Source: Anaerolineae bacterium
Lineage (GTDB): Bacteria > Chloroflexota > Anaerolineae > CG2-30-64-16
Reading direction: 5' to 3'
Length of the DNA: 64,000 bases
Assembly: GCA_034432655.1 (NCBI GenBank)
Contig: DAOUBP010000038.1
Location: 660-64,659, forward strand
The position numbers and the translations under genes are program-made. Below are positions 27,798 to 38,408 of this stretch, piece by piece (position 1 is the stretch's first letter; every line of letters begins with the position of its first letter). The notes below the pieces were generated by a model. The model worked only from the letters and a program-made list of their open reading frames with translations. It was not told where the DNA came from and did no database searches.

Positions 27798-28541
27798 CTA
27801 TTGCATCACCAGGCCGCCGTCCACGCTGAGCACCTGGCCCGTGATAAACGCTGCCCGGTCGCTGGCCAGAAAAGCCACGGCATACGCGATCTCTTCCGGC
27901 CGGGCGAAACGGCCCAACGGCGTCATGTTGATGGCCAGTTGTTTCTGCTCTTCGGTCAGGACGCTGGTGAGCGCCGTGGGCACAAAGCCGGGTGCCACCG
28001 CGTTGACGGTGATCCCACGCGGGCCCACCTCCTTGGCCAGCGCTTTGGTGAAGCCGATGAGGCCGGCCTTAGAGGCCGCGTAGTTGGTCTGGCCCGCCTG
28101 ACCCGCCAGCCCCACCACCGAGGTGATGTTGACGATCCGGCCGTAACGTTGCTTGAACATCGGCCGGAGCACGGCTTTGCAGCAGTTGTAGGCGCTCTTC
28201 AGGTTGGTACGGATGACGGTGTCCCAGTCGTCCTCGCTCATCATCATCAACAACATGTCCCGGGTGGTGCCGGCGTTGTTGACCAGGATGTCAATCCGGC
28301 CAAAGCGGTCGGTGGTCTCCTTGACCAGCCGCTGAGCATCGGCAAAGACGCTCACATCGGCCTGGATCACCACCGCTTCACCGCCAGCGGCCGTAATGCC
28401 CGCCGCGACCTCTTCGGCCTGCGCGGCGCTGTCCCGGTGGTTGATCACCACCCGGGCGCCTTGAGCGGCCAGCTCACACGCAATGGCAGCGCCGATCCCG
28501 CGCGATGCACCGGTCACAACGGCGATTTTCCCTTCCAACAT
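27798..28541 (-). CDS. fabG: 3-oxoacyl-[ACP] reductase
   Basis: GKIAVVTGASRGIGAAIA, NNAG, YAASKAG; start MLEGK with RBS aggag (alternative ATG at 28562). Confidence 0.85.
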   Translation of the reverse strand: MLEGKIAVVTGASRGIGAAIACELAAQGARVVINHRDSAAQAEEVAAGITAAGGEAVVIQADVSVFADAQRLVKETTDRFGRIDILVNNAGTTRDMLLMMMSEDDWDTVIRTNLKSAYNCCKAVLRPMFKQRYGRIVNITSVVGLAGQAGQTNYAASKAGLIGFTKALAKEVGPRGITVNAVAPGFVPTALTSVLTEEQKQLAINMTPLGRFARPEEIAYAVAFLASDRAAFITGQVLSVDGGLVMQ

Positions 28542-28558
28542 GTGGATGGCTCCTGTGC

Positions 28559-29497
28559 TCATGGGTTAAAAGCGGCGATATCCTCGGGCGTGCGGATGTT
28601 AGCCGTCTCCGGCTCCGGCAGGATGCGTTTGATCAGGCCCGTCAGGACGTCGCCCGGCCCGACTTCGACAAAACGGCTGGCGCCCAGCCCGGCCATCTGG
28701 CGCACCGACTCGGTCCACTGCACCGAAGCAGTCAGCTGGGCCACCAGTTCCTCCCGGATCTCATCGGGTGTAGTCAGCGGCCGGGCGTGGATGTTGCCGA
28801 TGACCGGGACCTGCGGTTTTCTAAATGGGGTGTCGGCTACTGCCCGGGCAAAACGCTGGACGGCCGGCGCCATGAGCGCGGAGTGGGCAGCGATGCTGAC
28901 CGCCAGCGGCCGCGGCCGGCCACCCGCCGCGCGCGCCAGCTCCATTGCGGCTGCCACGCCTGCCGGTCCGCCGGAGATGACCACCTGACCGGGCGCGTTG
29001 TAGTTGGCCACCTGCACCACGTCGCCGGACTGAGCCGCGGCCTGCTGACAGAGCGCGGCCACCTGTTCGTCTTCCAGCTTCAGAATGGCCGCCATGCTGC
29101 CGGGATGTTCCGCGCCGGCCGCAGCCATCAACTCCCCGCGCACCCGGGTCAACCGCACCGCGTCCGTGAAATCCAACGCGCCGGCCGCTACCAACGCGCT
29201 GTACTCGCCCAGGCTGTGGCCGGCCACACAACACGGCGCGGCCAGGTCCGGATACGCCGCGTGCAGCGCCCGCCAGGCCGCGATGCTGGTCGTCAGGATG
29301 GCCGGTTGCGCGTTGGAGGTGTCGGTGAGCTGTTCGGCCGGGCCTGCGAAGCAAAGCGCAGACAACGGGAAGCCCAGGATGGCGTCCGCAGCCGCAAAGG
29401 TTTCGCGCGCGACCGGGAAGGCTTCGGCCAGCGCCTGCCCCATACCGACGCTTTGTGAGCCCTGACCCGGAAAGACGTAAGCAGTTAGATCGCTCAT
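28559..29497 (-). CDS. fabD: malonyl CoA-ACP transacylase
   Basis: FPGQGSQSVGMG, GHSLGEYSALVAAGAL. Confidence 0.85.
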   Translation of the reverse strand: MSDLTAYVFPGQGSQSVGMGQALAEAFPVARETFAAADAILGFPLSALCFAGPAEQLTDTSNAQPAILTTSIAAWRALHAAYPDLAAPCCVAGHSLGEYSALVAAGALDFTDAVRLTRVRGELMAAAGAEHPGSMAAILKLEDEQVAALCQQAAAQSGDVVQVANYNAPGQVVISGGPAGVAAAMELARAAGGRPRPLAVSIAAHSALMAPAVQRFARAVADTPFRKPQVPVIGNIHARPLTTPDEIREELVAQLTASVQWTESVRQMAGLGASRFVEVGPGDVLTGLIKRILPEPETANIRTPEDIAAFNP

Positions 29498-29600
29498 AGG
29501 ACTCCCATAGACAAGAGCGGGGACGTGGGAGGGCCCCCAGTCCCCGCTCACGCCTCAGCGGGCCAACAATTGCAAAGGGACGACAGCAAGCCGATCAGCT

Positions 29601-29792
29601 TTACTTCTTTTCGCTTTCAACTTCGAAGACCGTTTCGCCTTTGTAGCTGCCGCAGTCCGGGCATGCATGATGGGGCAGGCGCAGGGCGCCGCACTGCGGG
29701 CATTTGACCAGATGGACAGGCGGCAGAGCGTCCTGCGAGCGCCGGCGATCGCGGCGGCCTTTGGACAGTTTTCGTTTTGGATGAGGTGGCAC
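29601..29792 (-). CDS. rpmF: 50S ribosomal protein L32
   Basis: MPPHPKRKLSKGRRDRRRS...KCPQCGALRLPHHACPDCGSYKG. Confidence 0.9.
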   Translation of the reverse strand: MPPHPKRKLSKGRRDRRRSQDALPPVHLVKCPQCGALRLPHHACPDCGSYKGETVFEVESEKK

Positions 29793-29810
29793 GGTAAAAA
29801 CTCCTTTTTC

Positions 29811-30367
29811 CTACGGATTCAAGTCTTTCAACAGATCTGCCAGGGCGGCCCAACGCGGGTCGGTCTCGCTCTGGCAGGTACATGGCCCTTCGTTCAAGTT
29901 CTGGCCGCACGTGGGACACAGCCCCTTGCAGTCCGGCCGGCACAACACGTGCAGCGGCATCGCGATCAACGCGTCCTGGCGCAACACCTCGGCCAGGTCC
30001 AGGATGTGATGATCATCAATCCAAAGCGCCTGATCCTCTTCATCAGGGACCAGCGCCTTGCCGGTGATGATGTCTACGGTCGGCGCGTAGACCTCTTCCA
30101 GGTCGAAGTCCAAGGCGATCTGGACCGGCTCCAGGCAACGGGCACAGGCTGCGGTCACAGTGGCCGACATGTGCCCCCGGGCCAGGATGCCGGTGTTGGT
30201 GTGCACCAGGCGGACAGAGCCTGCCAGGACGGCCTCGGGCACTGTCTCCAATCCGACGGCCAGCTCAGGAGCCAGCTGATACAGGTCCACCTCGAACGCA
30301 GCAGTGCGTGAAGCGCCCAGCGGGTCTCGCAGCAGCCCTGCGACGTTAAATCTCAGTTGGTCAAACA
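29811..30367 (-). CDS. YceD/DUF177 protein (upstream partner of rpmF)
   Basis: C-terminal CRPDCKGLCPTCGQNLNEGPCTC; start uncertain - chosen GTG at 30367 because ORF-track start 30458 would swallow a terminator-like hairpin. Confidence 0.6.
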
Positions 30368-30385
30368 CGATTGATATCTTTGTCC

Positions 30386-30418
30386 TGAAAATACAGGCGC
30401 CCGGGCTTGCCCGGGAGA
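30386..30418 (-). terminator. putative intrinsic terminator (CCCGGG-caag-CCCGGG + UGUAUUUUC) after coiled-coil gene
   Basis: direct reading minus strand. Confidence 0.35.
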
Positions 30419-30471
30419 GCACCGGGCGCGCGAGTGCCAAGCGGCCATTATAGGCCACAGGAAAATCCCTG

Positions 30472-30942
30472 TCAAGAACGGGGCTTTGTGTCTGTTGGCT
30501 CGTCAGCGTTGTGCGTCAGCGCCCTTTGGCCGGCCTGAACTTCACGCAGGATGCGGAGCAGCCGCGCTTCCAATGCGCTGAGCTGGTTGATAACGTACTG
30601 GTCGGTCTCGGCCCGCAGCGCAGCCGCTTTGCGTTCGGCCTCTTGCTGGATGTCGCGTGCCCGCTGGCGGGCAGCCTGCACCATCCCTTGTTCGTCCAGG
30701 CGCGCGTTGACCTGGGCTTGGGCATCTTCGATGATGCGCCGGGCCTGGGCCCGGGCTTCGGCCAGGATGCGATCGCGCTCGCCGGCGATGCGCTGGCCCA
30801 TGCGCAGTTCGTCGGGGACCGCAGCGCGCATCTCTTCGATCAACCGCCGGAGTGCAGCTTCGTCCATCAGGATTTTGTTGCCGACCGGCATGCGGATGGC
30901 ATTCTCCGTCAGTCGCTCCAATTCATCAATTAACGCTTGCAT
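30472..30942 (-). CDS. coiled-coil protein (ATP synthase b / DivIVA-like heptad pattern), function unknown
   Basis: Ala/Arg/Gln-rich heptads; no catalytic motif. Confidence 0.5.
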   Translation of the reverse strand: MQALIDELERLTENAIRMPVGNKILMDEAALRRLIEEMRAAVPDELRMGQRIAGERDRILAEARAQARRIIEDAQAQVNARLDEQGMVQAARQRARDIQQEAERKAAALRAETDQYVINQLSALEARLLRILREVQAGQRALTHNADEPTDTKPRS

Positions 30943-30978
30943 GTTTCCTCCCCGGCCGGGCGCAGGTAAACGGGAAAT

Positions 30979-31500
30979 TCAATCGCGTGACGTACGAATA
31001 GGCACCGCCGTGGTCTCCGTAATGCCGTCGAAACGGGCCTGCAAGGCGTCCAATACCGCTTGCGGGGCCAGATGCGACACATCTCCGCCCAGCAAAGCGA
31101 TCTCCTTGAGAATCGAAGAGCTGAGGTACGCGTGTTCCAGGCTGGTCATCAGGCAAACGAATTCGATATCGGGCGCCAGTTTTTTGTTGGTCAGAGCCAT
31201 CTGGAACTCGAACTCAAAGTCCGAGATGGCGCGCAGGCCGCGCACCAATACCCGCGCGCCTATCTCCCGGGCACATGTCACCGTCAGCCCGCGATACGGG
31301 ATCACCCGGACATTAGGCAGATGATGCAGGGCTTGCTGTGCCAACGCCACGCGTTGGGCAGTATCGAACGTCAAGGTCTTAGGGGGGCTATCATACACGC
31401 CGATAACCAGCTCGTCGAACAGGCTGGCCGCGCGCGTGGCGATATCCACGTGGCCGTTGTGGATCGGGTCAAACGTGCCGGGATAAAGTGCTCGGATCAT
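30979..31500 (-). CDS. coaD: phosphopantetheine adenylyltransferase
   Basis: [25 protein letters not shown]. Confidence 0.9.
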   Translation of the reverse strand: MIRALYPGTFDPIHNGHVDIATRAASLFDELVIGVYDSPPKTLTFDTAQRVALAQQALHHLPNVRVIPYRGLTVTCAREIGARVLVRGLRAISDFEFEFQMALTNKKLAPDIEFVCLMTSLEHAYLSSSILKEIALLGGDVSHLAPQAVLDALQARFDGITETTAVPIRTSRD

Positions 31501-31517
31501 CTTGTCTCTCGGCGTCC

Positions 31518-34130
31518 TCAACTGATATCTCCTGCGCCTTGCCAGAATTCGGCTACGCGCGCTGCCAGGTTGTGATGCTCCGGCCGCACCAGGCCGGGAT
31601 CAGCAGCAAACAGCTTCTGGGCCGCGTTGCGGGCTTCTTCCAGGGTGCGCAGGTCGCTGAGCTGGGCTGTGCGCAGGGGGGGCAGGCCGCTTTGTCGGGT
31701 GCCGAAGAAATCGCCGGGGCCGCGCAGCTCCAGGTCAATTTGTGCCAGGGCAAAACCGTCGGTCGTGTTTTCCAACGCCTGTAACCGTCTGCGGCTATCG
31801 CCTTCGGCTGCATCTGAGATCAGGATGCAGTATGACGGGTGTTCCCCGCGGCCCACCCGGCCCCGAAACTGGTGGAGCTGGGCCAGGCCGAAACGTTCGG
31901 CGCTTTCGATCAGGATCACGGTGGCATTGGGCACGTCAATCCCCACCTCGACCACGGCCGTGGCGACCAGGATGTCGCTTTCGCCGGCGGCAAATGCCCG
32001 CATGACCCGATCCTTTTCGTCGGCTTTCAGGCGGCCGTGCAGCAGGGCCACCCGTAAGTCCGGGAAGATCACCTGTTGCAGCCGGGTGTATTCCTCCACC
32101 GCGGCTTTAGCATCGGTGGTCTCCGACTCCTCGACCAGGGGATAGATGATGAACGCCTGGTGCCCCGCCTGCACCTGACGGCGGATGAACCCGTAGGCAC
32201 GCTCCCGCTCGGTAGAGGTAAGCCATTTGGTCTTGACGGGGGTGCGCCCCGCAGGCATTTCATCAATGACCGAGATATCCAGGTCGCCGTAGATGGTCAG
32301 CGCCAACGAGCGCGGGATGGGGGTGGCGCTCATCACCAGCATGTGCGGCTGGATGGGGCGGCTGCTGCCCGCGAAGTTGCGCTGGCGCAAGGCCGCGCGC
32401 TGTTCCACGCCGAAACGATGTTGTTCGTCCACCACCGCCACCGCCAGGTTACGGAAGGTGACCCCGCGCTGGATCAGGGCGTGCGTGCCCACCACGATAT
32501 CGGCCTCGCCGGTGGCAATGGCAGCCAGGGCCTCCTCACGCTCCGCCGTGCGCAGGCCGCCGGTGAGCAAGACCACCCGGACCGGCCGGTTTTTCAACGG
32601 ATGTTTCAGCCGCTCGAAAAGGCGGGCAAAGGAGCGGGCATGTTGTTCCGCCAGGATCTCTGTGGGCGCCATAATGGCGCCTTGTTTGCCGTCGGCCACG
32701 GCGAACCACAGCGCGGCCGCGGCCACCACCGTCTTGCCCGAGCCCACATCCCCTTGCAGCAGCCGGCTCATGGGCCTGTCTTTGCGCAGGTCATCGGCGA
32801 TCTGCGCCAGGGCGCGACGTTGGGCTTGGGTGAGCGAGAACGGCAACGCGGCCAGGAAGGCAGCCTCGGCGGCGGGATCGGCCGGCAACGGCGCAGCGGG
32901 AGTGCCGCGGAAGTGCTGGCGGGCCGAGAGGAAGCCGAGTTGCAACAGCAGGAATTCATCGAAGCTCAGCCGGCGATGGGCAGCGGCCAGCATCTCGCGG
33001 CTGTCGGGGAAGTGGATTTGGGTCAGCGCCTGGGCCAACGGCAACAACTGGTACTCGCGGCGCACGGCCTCGGGCAAAAAGTCGGGAACTTCAGCGGCCC
33101 ACGTTTTCACCGCCCGATCCATCACCCGGCGCAGCCACGGCGCGGAAAGCCCCTCGGTCAGCGGATATACCGGCACCAACCGGCCCGTGCTCACCTGGTT
33201 GCGGTCCAACGGCTCGAAGGACGGGTGGCGCATGGTGGGCACGCCCCGGTAGCTGTCCACTTTGCCGCTGAACGCGTAAGCGTGGCCGATGTGCAACTGG
33301 CGTTCGATGAAGGGTGCGAACCACGTCATCTCCATCTCGCCCGTGCCGTCGCCGACGCGAGCCGTGACCAGACGGCGCTCCTCACCGATGGGCCGGCTCT
33401 TGATCTCCCACACCGTGCCGATGACCGTTACCTCTTCGCCCCAGCGCAGCTGCGCGATGGTACGCAGGTTGCTGTAATCCTCATAGCGGCGCGGTAGCAG
33501 GTAGAGCAGATCGCGCACGGTGCGAACGCCCAGCTTGCCCAGTTTTTGGGCAAAGCCGGGACCGACGCCGGGCAAACGCGTCACCGGCGCGTCGAGCCCC
33601 GTGCCGGGTGCAGTGGGACGCGGCGTCAATACCGGCCGGGCCACGGCTTCCGGCTCCGGTGGTGGGGGTTCAACCGGTTGGGGGGCCGGAGGCGGCTCAC
33701 CAGGGGCCACGCTGACCGGCTTGCTCAGGGCCGGGCCGAACCCCTCCCGGCCGCGGGAGGGTGGCTTTTCTGCGAGTGCTCCAGAAGGCGGCCGGGGCGC
33801 AGCCTCCGCGGGCGGAAGCGACGGTTCCGGCGCCGGAGGGGCCGGCGCCTCGGCGGCCGGGGCCGGCCCGCTGCTCAGGTCACGGGCCCGGCGCTCCACT
33901 TCTTCAATGATCCTCTCGCGCGCAGCCGGCTCCTCAATCACCGCGTAGCCAAGCAACAGAGCCACGATCTGGCTGACGGCTTCTGGGTTGCCCAGCTCGG
34001 CGCGCGCGTCCGTCTCCCATCGGCTGACGAATTTGTCTAACCCGCCGATGACAGCTTTGTTGCGATAACCCTGCTTTTTCTCCAGGGCCAGGATCTTCAG
34101 GAGACGGGCAAGTACGCTCTCTGTGTTCAT
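31518..34130 (-). CDS. recG: ATP-dependent DNA helicase RecG (with ~100-aa Pro/Ala-rich insertion)
   Basis: [15 protein letters not shown] (Walker A), [10 protein letters not shown] (DEQH), [12 protein letters not shown]. Confidence 0.9.
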   Translation of the reverse strand: MNTESVLARLLKILALEKKQGYRNKAVIGGLDKFVSRWETDARAELGNPEAVSQIVALLLGYAVIEEPAARERIIEEVERRARDLSSGPAPAAEAPAPPAPEPSLPPAEAAPRPPSGALAEKPPSRGREGFGPALSKPVSVAPGEPPPAPQPVEPPPPEPEAVARPVLTPRPTAPGTGLDAPVTRLPGVGPGFAQKLGKLGVRTVRDLLYLLPRRYEDYSNLRTIAQLRWGEEVTVIGTVWEIKSRPIGEERRLVTARVGDGTGEMEMTWFAPFIERQLHIGHAYAFSGKVDSYRGVPTMRHPSFEPLDRNQVSTGRLVPVYPLTEGLSAPWLRRVMDRAVKTWAAEVPDFLPEAVRREYQLLPLAQALTQIHFPDSREMLAAAHRRLSFDEFLLLQLGFLSARQHFRGTPAAPLPADPAAEAAFLAALPFSLTQAQRRALAQIADDLRKDRPMSRLLQGDVGSGKTVVAAAALWFAVADGKQGAIMAPTEILAEQHARSFARLFERLKHPLKNRPVRVVLLTGGLRTAEREEALAAIATGEADIVVGTHALIQRGVTFRNLAVAVVDEQHRFGVEQRAALRQRNFAGSSRPIQPHMLVMSATPIPRSLALTIYGDLDISVIDEMPAGRTPVKTKWLTSTERERAYGFIRRQVQAGHQAFIIYPLVEESETTDAKAAVEEYTRLQQVIFPDLRVALLHGRLKADEKDRVMRAFAAGESDILVATAVVEVGIDVPNATVILIESAERFGLAQLHQFRGRVGRGEHPSYCILISDAAEGDSRRRLQALENTTDGFALAQIDLELRGPGDFFGTRQSGLPPLRTAQLSDLRTLEEARNAAQKLFAADPGLVRPEHHNLAARVAEFWQGAGDIS

Positions 34131-34149
34131 GCGCTGGCAGATTTGCGGT

Positions 34150-34998
34150 TCAGGATGTGCCTTCGTAGACCATGATACCCAAGGCCCGGGGGCCGATGTG
34201 CACGGCCAGCGAAGGCGTATAGCCGATCACCGGGAAATCCCGGTTGGGATAGGTGGCCTCCAGGCGCTCCAGCAGTTGGGCAGCTTCGGCATTGAAGTCG
34301 TTTTGCACGATGTAAAGTTGCTTGATGCGCGAGAATTCTATGATGAAGTCATAGAACTTGTCAATGGCGAACGAATAGCTGCGCGTCTTTTCAATCGGGA
34401 TCAGCTCGCCGTCTTCCATCGTTGAGATGGGCCGCAGGCCCAACATCGTGCCCAACAGGGTCTGCGCGGGGCCCAGGCGCCCCCAATCCTCCAGGTACTT
34501 CAAGCTGTCGGACAGGAAAAGCGCGTAGATGCGCGGGATCATGCTGCGTACGATCTTCACGATCTCGGTTTGTGAGGCGCCGTCTGAAGCAGCCTTGGCC
34601 GCAGCTTCCACGATAAGCCCCAGGCCGATGGAGGTGGTCAGGCTGTCTATGACGATGATGCGCTGCCGGCCCATGAAGCTGCGGGCGGCGCGCTCTGCAA
34701 CCTCGACTACGTCGTGCAAGGCCCGGGAGGTGTGGATGCACACCACGCTGTCGGTGGTTTGGCCCAGCCGGCTGAAGACTGCCTGCATCTGGCTCAACGT
34801 CGGCGGCCTGACGGCGACCTGGCTGCTGTCCTGGACCATATGACGGAAGAACGTCTCATCAGTCCGGTTGATCTGCTCCAGGTAGGTCCGGTTGCCCACC
34901 TGGAGGTTCATCGGGACCACCTCGATCTTATAACGCGTGATCAGGACGGGATCGGGCAGATACGCGCCGCTGTCGGTAACGATTCTGACTTTCGCCAA
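34150..34998 (-). CDS. DegV family fatty-acid-binding protein
   Basis: MAKVRIVTDSGAYLP...; family-typical length. Confidence 0.8.
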   Translation of the reverse strand: MAKVRIVTDSGAYLPDPVLITRYKIEVVPMNLQVGNRTYLEQINRTDETFFRHMVQDSSQVAVRPPTLSQMQAVFSRLGQTTDSVVCIHTSRALHDVVEVAERAARSFMGRQRIIVIDSLTTSIGLGLIVEAAAKAASDGASQTEIVKIVRSMIPRIYALFLSDSLKYLEDWGRLGPAQTLLGTMLGLRPISTMEDGELIPIEKTRSYSFAIDKFYDFIIEFSRIKQLYIVQNDFNAEAAQLLERLEATYPNRDFPVIGYTPSLAVHIGPRALGIMVYEGTS

Positions 34999-35055
34999 TG
35001 TCGGCCTCGCAATCTCAAGGATAGTGTTGTCGGCGAGTATGCGATTGCAGATCGG

Positions 35056-36831
35056 CTATTCCACCGAGATGATGTAATGATAGTACGGCTGGCCGCCTTC
35101 GACACACTCGATCTCTTGATCGGGATAGAGCTCGCGCAGCTCAGCCTGGAGTGCCTGGGCCTGGGCCGCCGTCACCGGTTCCCCGTAGTACAGGGTGATC
35201 ACCTCCAGCTCGTCCGCGTGCATTTGCTCCAGCAAGGTTTTCACCACGGCTTCGGGGGTGGGCCCTGTGGCGGTGAGCTGATCGTTCAAGAGGCCGATCA
35301 CATCCCCGGCGTGTACCTCGATGCCGTCAAACCGGGCGTCGTGCACGGCGATGGTCACTTCGCCCGTCTGGACGTTATCCAACGCCGAGGTCATCATCGC
35401 GGCATTTTGCTGCAAGTCGGCATGGGGGTTATAGGCCAGCAGCGCGCTGATGCCCTGGGGGATGCTCTTGCTGGGGATGACGGTGACAGTCTTGCCCTCG
35501 GCGGCGGCCAGCACCTGGGCTTGTTGGGCCGCCATGAGAATGTTGCCGTTGTTGGGCAGCAAAAGCACCTCGGACATCGGCAGGCGGTTGATGGCATCCA
35601 GCAGGTCTTGGGTGCTGGGATTCATGGTCTGTCCGCCCGGCACAACGCAATGAGTGCCCAGGCTCAGGAACACCTGGGCCAGGCCGTTGCCGGGCACTAC
35701 GGCGACGATGCCGGGGCCTTCGCCGGCCCCTTCAGTGTTGCACAGCGGTTGTGGCTCACTCTCGGCGACGGCTGGCGCGGCCGACGGGGCCTCTGCCGTC
35801 GCAAAGCGAGGTGGCAGCGGATCATACCCGGCCGGCATCTCGGGGATGTGCATGTCATCCATATTCTCGACCACGACATCGGTCACGAAGCCCAAGCTGA
35901 CGGCGTAGGAGAGCACTTTGCCGGGATCGGGCACATGGACGTGGACCTTGACCAGATTCTGGTCCCCTTCGACCAGGGGACAATCCCCCATCGCGGTGAT
36001 CTGTTCGCGGATGGCAGCCACATCCAGCCGTTCCCCTTCGACCAGGAACTGCACATCGAAGCCATAGACCAGGGGCGGCAACGGACGGCGGCCCTTTACC
36101 GCCGCGCGTGGGGGCGCGGCCGGGACAGCCACGGCCGGCGCGGCCGCTTTTTCGCCGGTGAGCGCGCGGTACATCCCCTCCAGGATGAAGAAGAGGCCCT
36201 TGCCGCCGCTGTCTACCTTACCGGCCTGCTTGAGCACGGGCAGGAGGTTGGGAGTGTTGATGACCGCTTCATCGGCGGCGCGCACGACGCGCTCCAAGAT
36301 GAACCGGATGTCGTCCTCCAGTTGGGCAGCGCTCTCCGCAGCCGCAGCCGCTTCTTTGATCACGGTCAGGATGGTGCCTTCGACCGGCCGGTTTACACCT
36401 TTGTACGCCACCCGGCTCCCTTCGCTCAGGGCCGCGGCCAGGGCCGGACCGGTCAGGGTAACCTGGTCCCCCAGGCTGCGCGCGATGCCGCGCAGGATCT
36501 GCGACAGGATCACGCCAGAGTTGCCGCGCGCACCCATGAGCGCGCCATGGGCGACCGCCCTGGCAACCTCGCTCACGCTGTGGAGGTGTTCATCGGTGAT
36601 CTCCCGACACGCCGACTTCATGGTCAACAGCATATTGGTCCCCGTGTCCCCATCGGGCACGGGGAAGACGTTAAGCGCGTTGACGATTTCGTGATGTTGA
36701 TCCAGCCAGTCCAGTCCGGCCAGGAGCAAATCACGCCACTGGGTGCCGGTCAGGCTCAGGATCGGCCCACCGGCGGGCGCGGGCTGTGGGTTCATAGTAG
36801 TAGAGCCGGTTCGACTTTCTACTGCAGTCAA
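35056..36831 (-). CDS. DAK2 domain fusion protein YloV
   Basis: EIVNALNVFPVPDGDTGTNM, GARGNSGVILSQI; C-terminal DegV-like half. Confidence 0.85.
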   Translation of the reverse strand: MTAVESRTGSTTMNPQPAPAGGPILSLTGTQWRDLLLAGLDWLDQHHEIVNALNVFPVPDGDTGTNMLLTMKSACREITDEHLHSVSEVARAVAHGALMGARGNSGVILSQILRGIARSLGDQVTLTGPALAAALSEGSRVAYKGVNRPVEGTILTVIKEAAAAAESAAQLEDDIRFILERVVRAADEAVINTPNLLPVLKQAGKVDSGGKGLFFILEGMYRALTGEKAAAPAVAVPAAPPRAAVKGRRPLPPLVYGFDVQFLVEGERLDVAAIREQITAMGDCPLVEGDQNLVKVHVHVPDPGKVLSYAVSLGFVTDVVVENMDDMHIPEMPAGYDPLPPRFATAEAPSAAPAVAESEPQPLCNTEGAGEGPGIVAVVPGNGLAQVFLSLGTHCVVPGGQTMNPSTQDLLDAINRLPMSEVLLLPNNGNILMAAQQAQVLAAAEGKTVTVIPSKSIPQGISALLAYNPHADLQQNAAMMTSALDNVQTGEVTIAVHDARFDGIEVHAGDVIGLLNDQLTATGPTPEAVVKTLLEQMHADELEVITLYYGEPVTAAQAQALQAELRELYPDQEIECVEGGQPYYHYIISVE

Positions 36832-36865
36832 CGTTACTTTCCTCCGCTAACAAAACTTCGTCTCT

Positions 36866-37228
36866 TCATTCCTTGTCACCGTTGGGCATTCGCAATCCCT
36901 GGACGTGGACGTTGACCTCAGCGACCGGCAGGCCCAGCGTCTGCTCCAGCGCGTACTTCACGCCGTTCATCACGCCATGCGCCACCTCGGAGATACGCGT
37001 GCCGTACTGGATAATCACATAGAGGTCCACAATCACCTGACCATCCCGCACCTGGACATCTATCCCGCGATGCCATTTGTCGGGCTGCAGCAGGTCGGCC
37101 AGGCCGTCAATCAGGTTCTTGTTGGCCATGCCGACGACGCCGTAACACCGCAGGACCGCTTCGCCCGCGATGGCGGCGATGGCATGGGGTGAGATCTCGA
37201 TTCGCCCTGCTTTCTTCTCTTCAACCAT
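36866..37228 (-). CDS. Asp23/Gls24 family protein
   Basis: RIEISPHAIAAIAGEAVLRCYGVVGM; RBS ggaggag. Confidence 0.75.
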   Translation of the reverse strand: MVEEKKAGRIEISPHAIAAIAGEAVLRCYGVVGMANKNLIDGLADLLQPDKWHRGIDVQVRDGQVIVDLYVIIQYGTRISEVAHGVMNGVKYALEQTLGLPVAEVNVHVQGLRMPNGDKE

Positions 37229-37295
37229 AAAACGACTCCTCCGCAAGGGTACACGGGCCATCACCAACGATGACGTGCTGTTTGCGTCTTTTGGC

Positions 37296-37330
37296 CGGTT
37301 GTGGTATGATCAGTTCCGCTGTGGCCGGGC
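37296..37330 (+). promoter_or_regulatory. sigma-70-type promoter for rpmB: TTGCGT-N17-TGgTATGAT (extended -10)
   Basis: ttgcgtcttttggccggttgtggtatgat ~60 nt upstream of rpmB ATG. Confidence 0.4.
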
Positions 37331-37391
37331 CTGTGAGGCTCGGTCGCCATTTGTCTGATGACTTTGAGCACTCACAAGGGAGAATGTACTG

Positions 37392-37574
37392 ATGGCTAAA
37401 TGTCAAATCTGCGGTAAGGGGCCACAGTTCGGGCATAATGTCAGCCACTCAATGCGCCACACCAAGCGCCGCTGGAATGTGAACATCCAGCATATGCGTC
37501 TGTCGGTGGACGGCCGAGAGCAGCGGATTTATGTCTGTGCCAAGTGCATCAAAACGATGCAGAAGGCCGGTTGA
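37392..37574 (+). CDS. rpmB: 50S ribosomal protein L28
   Basis: MAKCQICGKGPQFGHNVSHSMRHTKRRWNVNIQHMRL. Confidence 0.9.
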   Translation: MAKCQICGKGPQFGHNVSHSMRHTKRRWNVNIQHMRLSVDGREQRIYVCAKCIKTMQKAG

Positions 37575-37627
37575 AACGCTCCTGTCCATCCAGGCAGGCG
37601 GCCGGCGGCAACGCCGGCTGTTTGCTT

Positions 37628-38290
37628 TTAAAGGCCCTGTACTGCCTTGCGCAAGGCAGCGATGCCCGCTGCGATCCCCTCAGGATGGCCGAATACCGCA
37701 GTGCCGGCCACCAGTACACGCGCGCCGGCGGCCACAATGGCCGGCGCCGTGTGTGACTCGATCCCCCCATCTACTTCGATTTCTACCGCCAGTCCGGCCT
37801 CCCGGATCATCTCTGCCAGCCGCGCCACCTTGGCCGTCATGCTGGGGATGAAGGTCTGCCCGCCGAAGCCGGGATTAACGGTCATCACCAATACCTGTTC
37901 CACATACGGCAGCGCCTCGCGCAACGTTTCCAGCGAGGTGGCTGGGTTCAGTGTCACCCCGGGCCGCGCACCCAATTCCCGGATGGATTGCAAGGTGCGA
38001 TGCAGATGGGGACAGGTCTCTACATGCACGGTGATGATGCTGGCGCCGGCCTGCGCAAAGTCATCCAGGTAGCGCTCGGGCTGCTCGATCATCAAGTGCA
38101 CGTCCAACGGCAAGGTTGTAACACGGCGCAGCGCCGCGACCACCGGCGGCCCGACGGTAATGTTGGGGACAAAATGACCGTCCATCACATCCACATGGAT
38201 GTAATCGGCGCCGGCAGCCTCGGCGGCCTGCACGGCCGCGCCCAACGCTGCGAAATCGGCGGCCAGGATGGATGGCGCGATCTTGATCAC
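37628..38290 (-). CDS. rpe: ribulose-phosphate 3-epimerase
   Basis: KIAPSILAADF, HVDVMDGHFVPN, MTVNPGFGGQ. Confidence 0.9.
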   Translation of the reverse strand: MIKIAPSILAADFAALGAAVQAAEAAGADYIHVDVMDGHFVPNITVGPPVVAALRRVTTLPLDVHLMIEQPERYLDDFAQAGASIITVHVETCPHLHRTLQSIRELGARPGVTLNPATSLETLREALPYVEQVLVMTVNPGFGGQTFIPSMTAKVARLAEMIREAGLAVEIEVDGGIESHTAPAIVAAGARVLVAGTAVFGHPEGIAAGIAALRKAVQGL

Positions 38291-38408
38291 CCGCTAACCT
38301 CCAGGAATTCCGGTCATGACACAGCAGAGCCGAACACACACGGTCCGGCTCTCGAATGCGCCCAATCATACAACGGAATGAGGGATTTGGCAAAGCGGAA
38401 AACGCCGT

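Noticed and set aside
30367-30458. Upstream 30 codons of the ORF-track YceD ORF (MAYNGRLALARPVL...)
   Set aside because: Would read through a GC hairpin + U-tract that looks like the terminator of the preceding gene. The conserved DUF177 N-terminus begins near the GTG at 30367.
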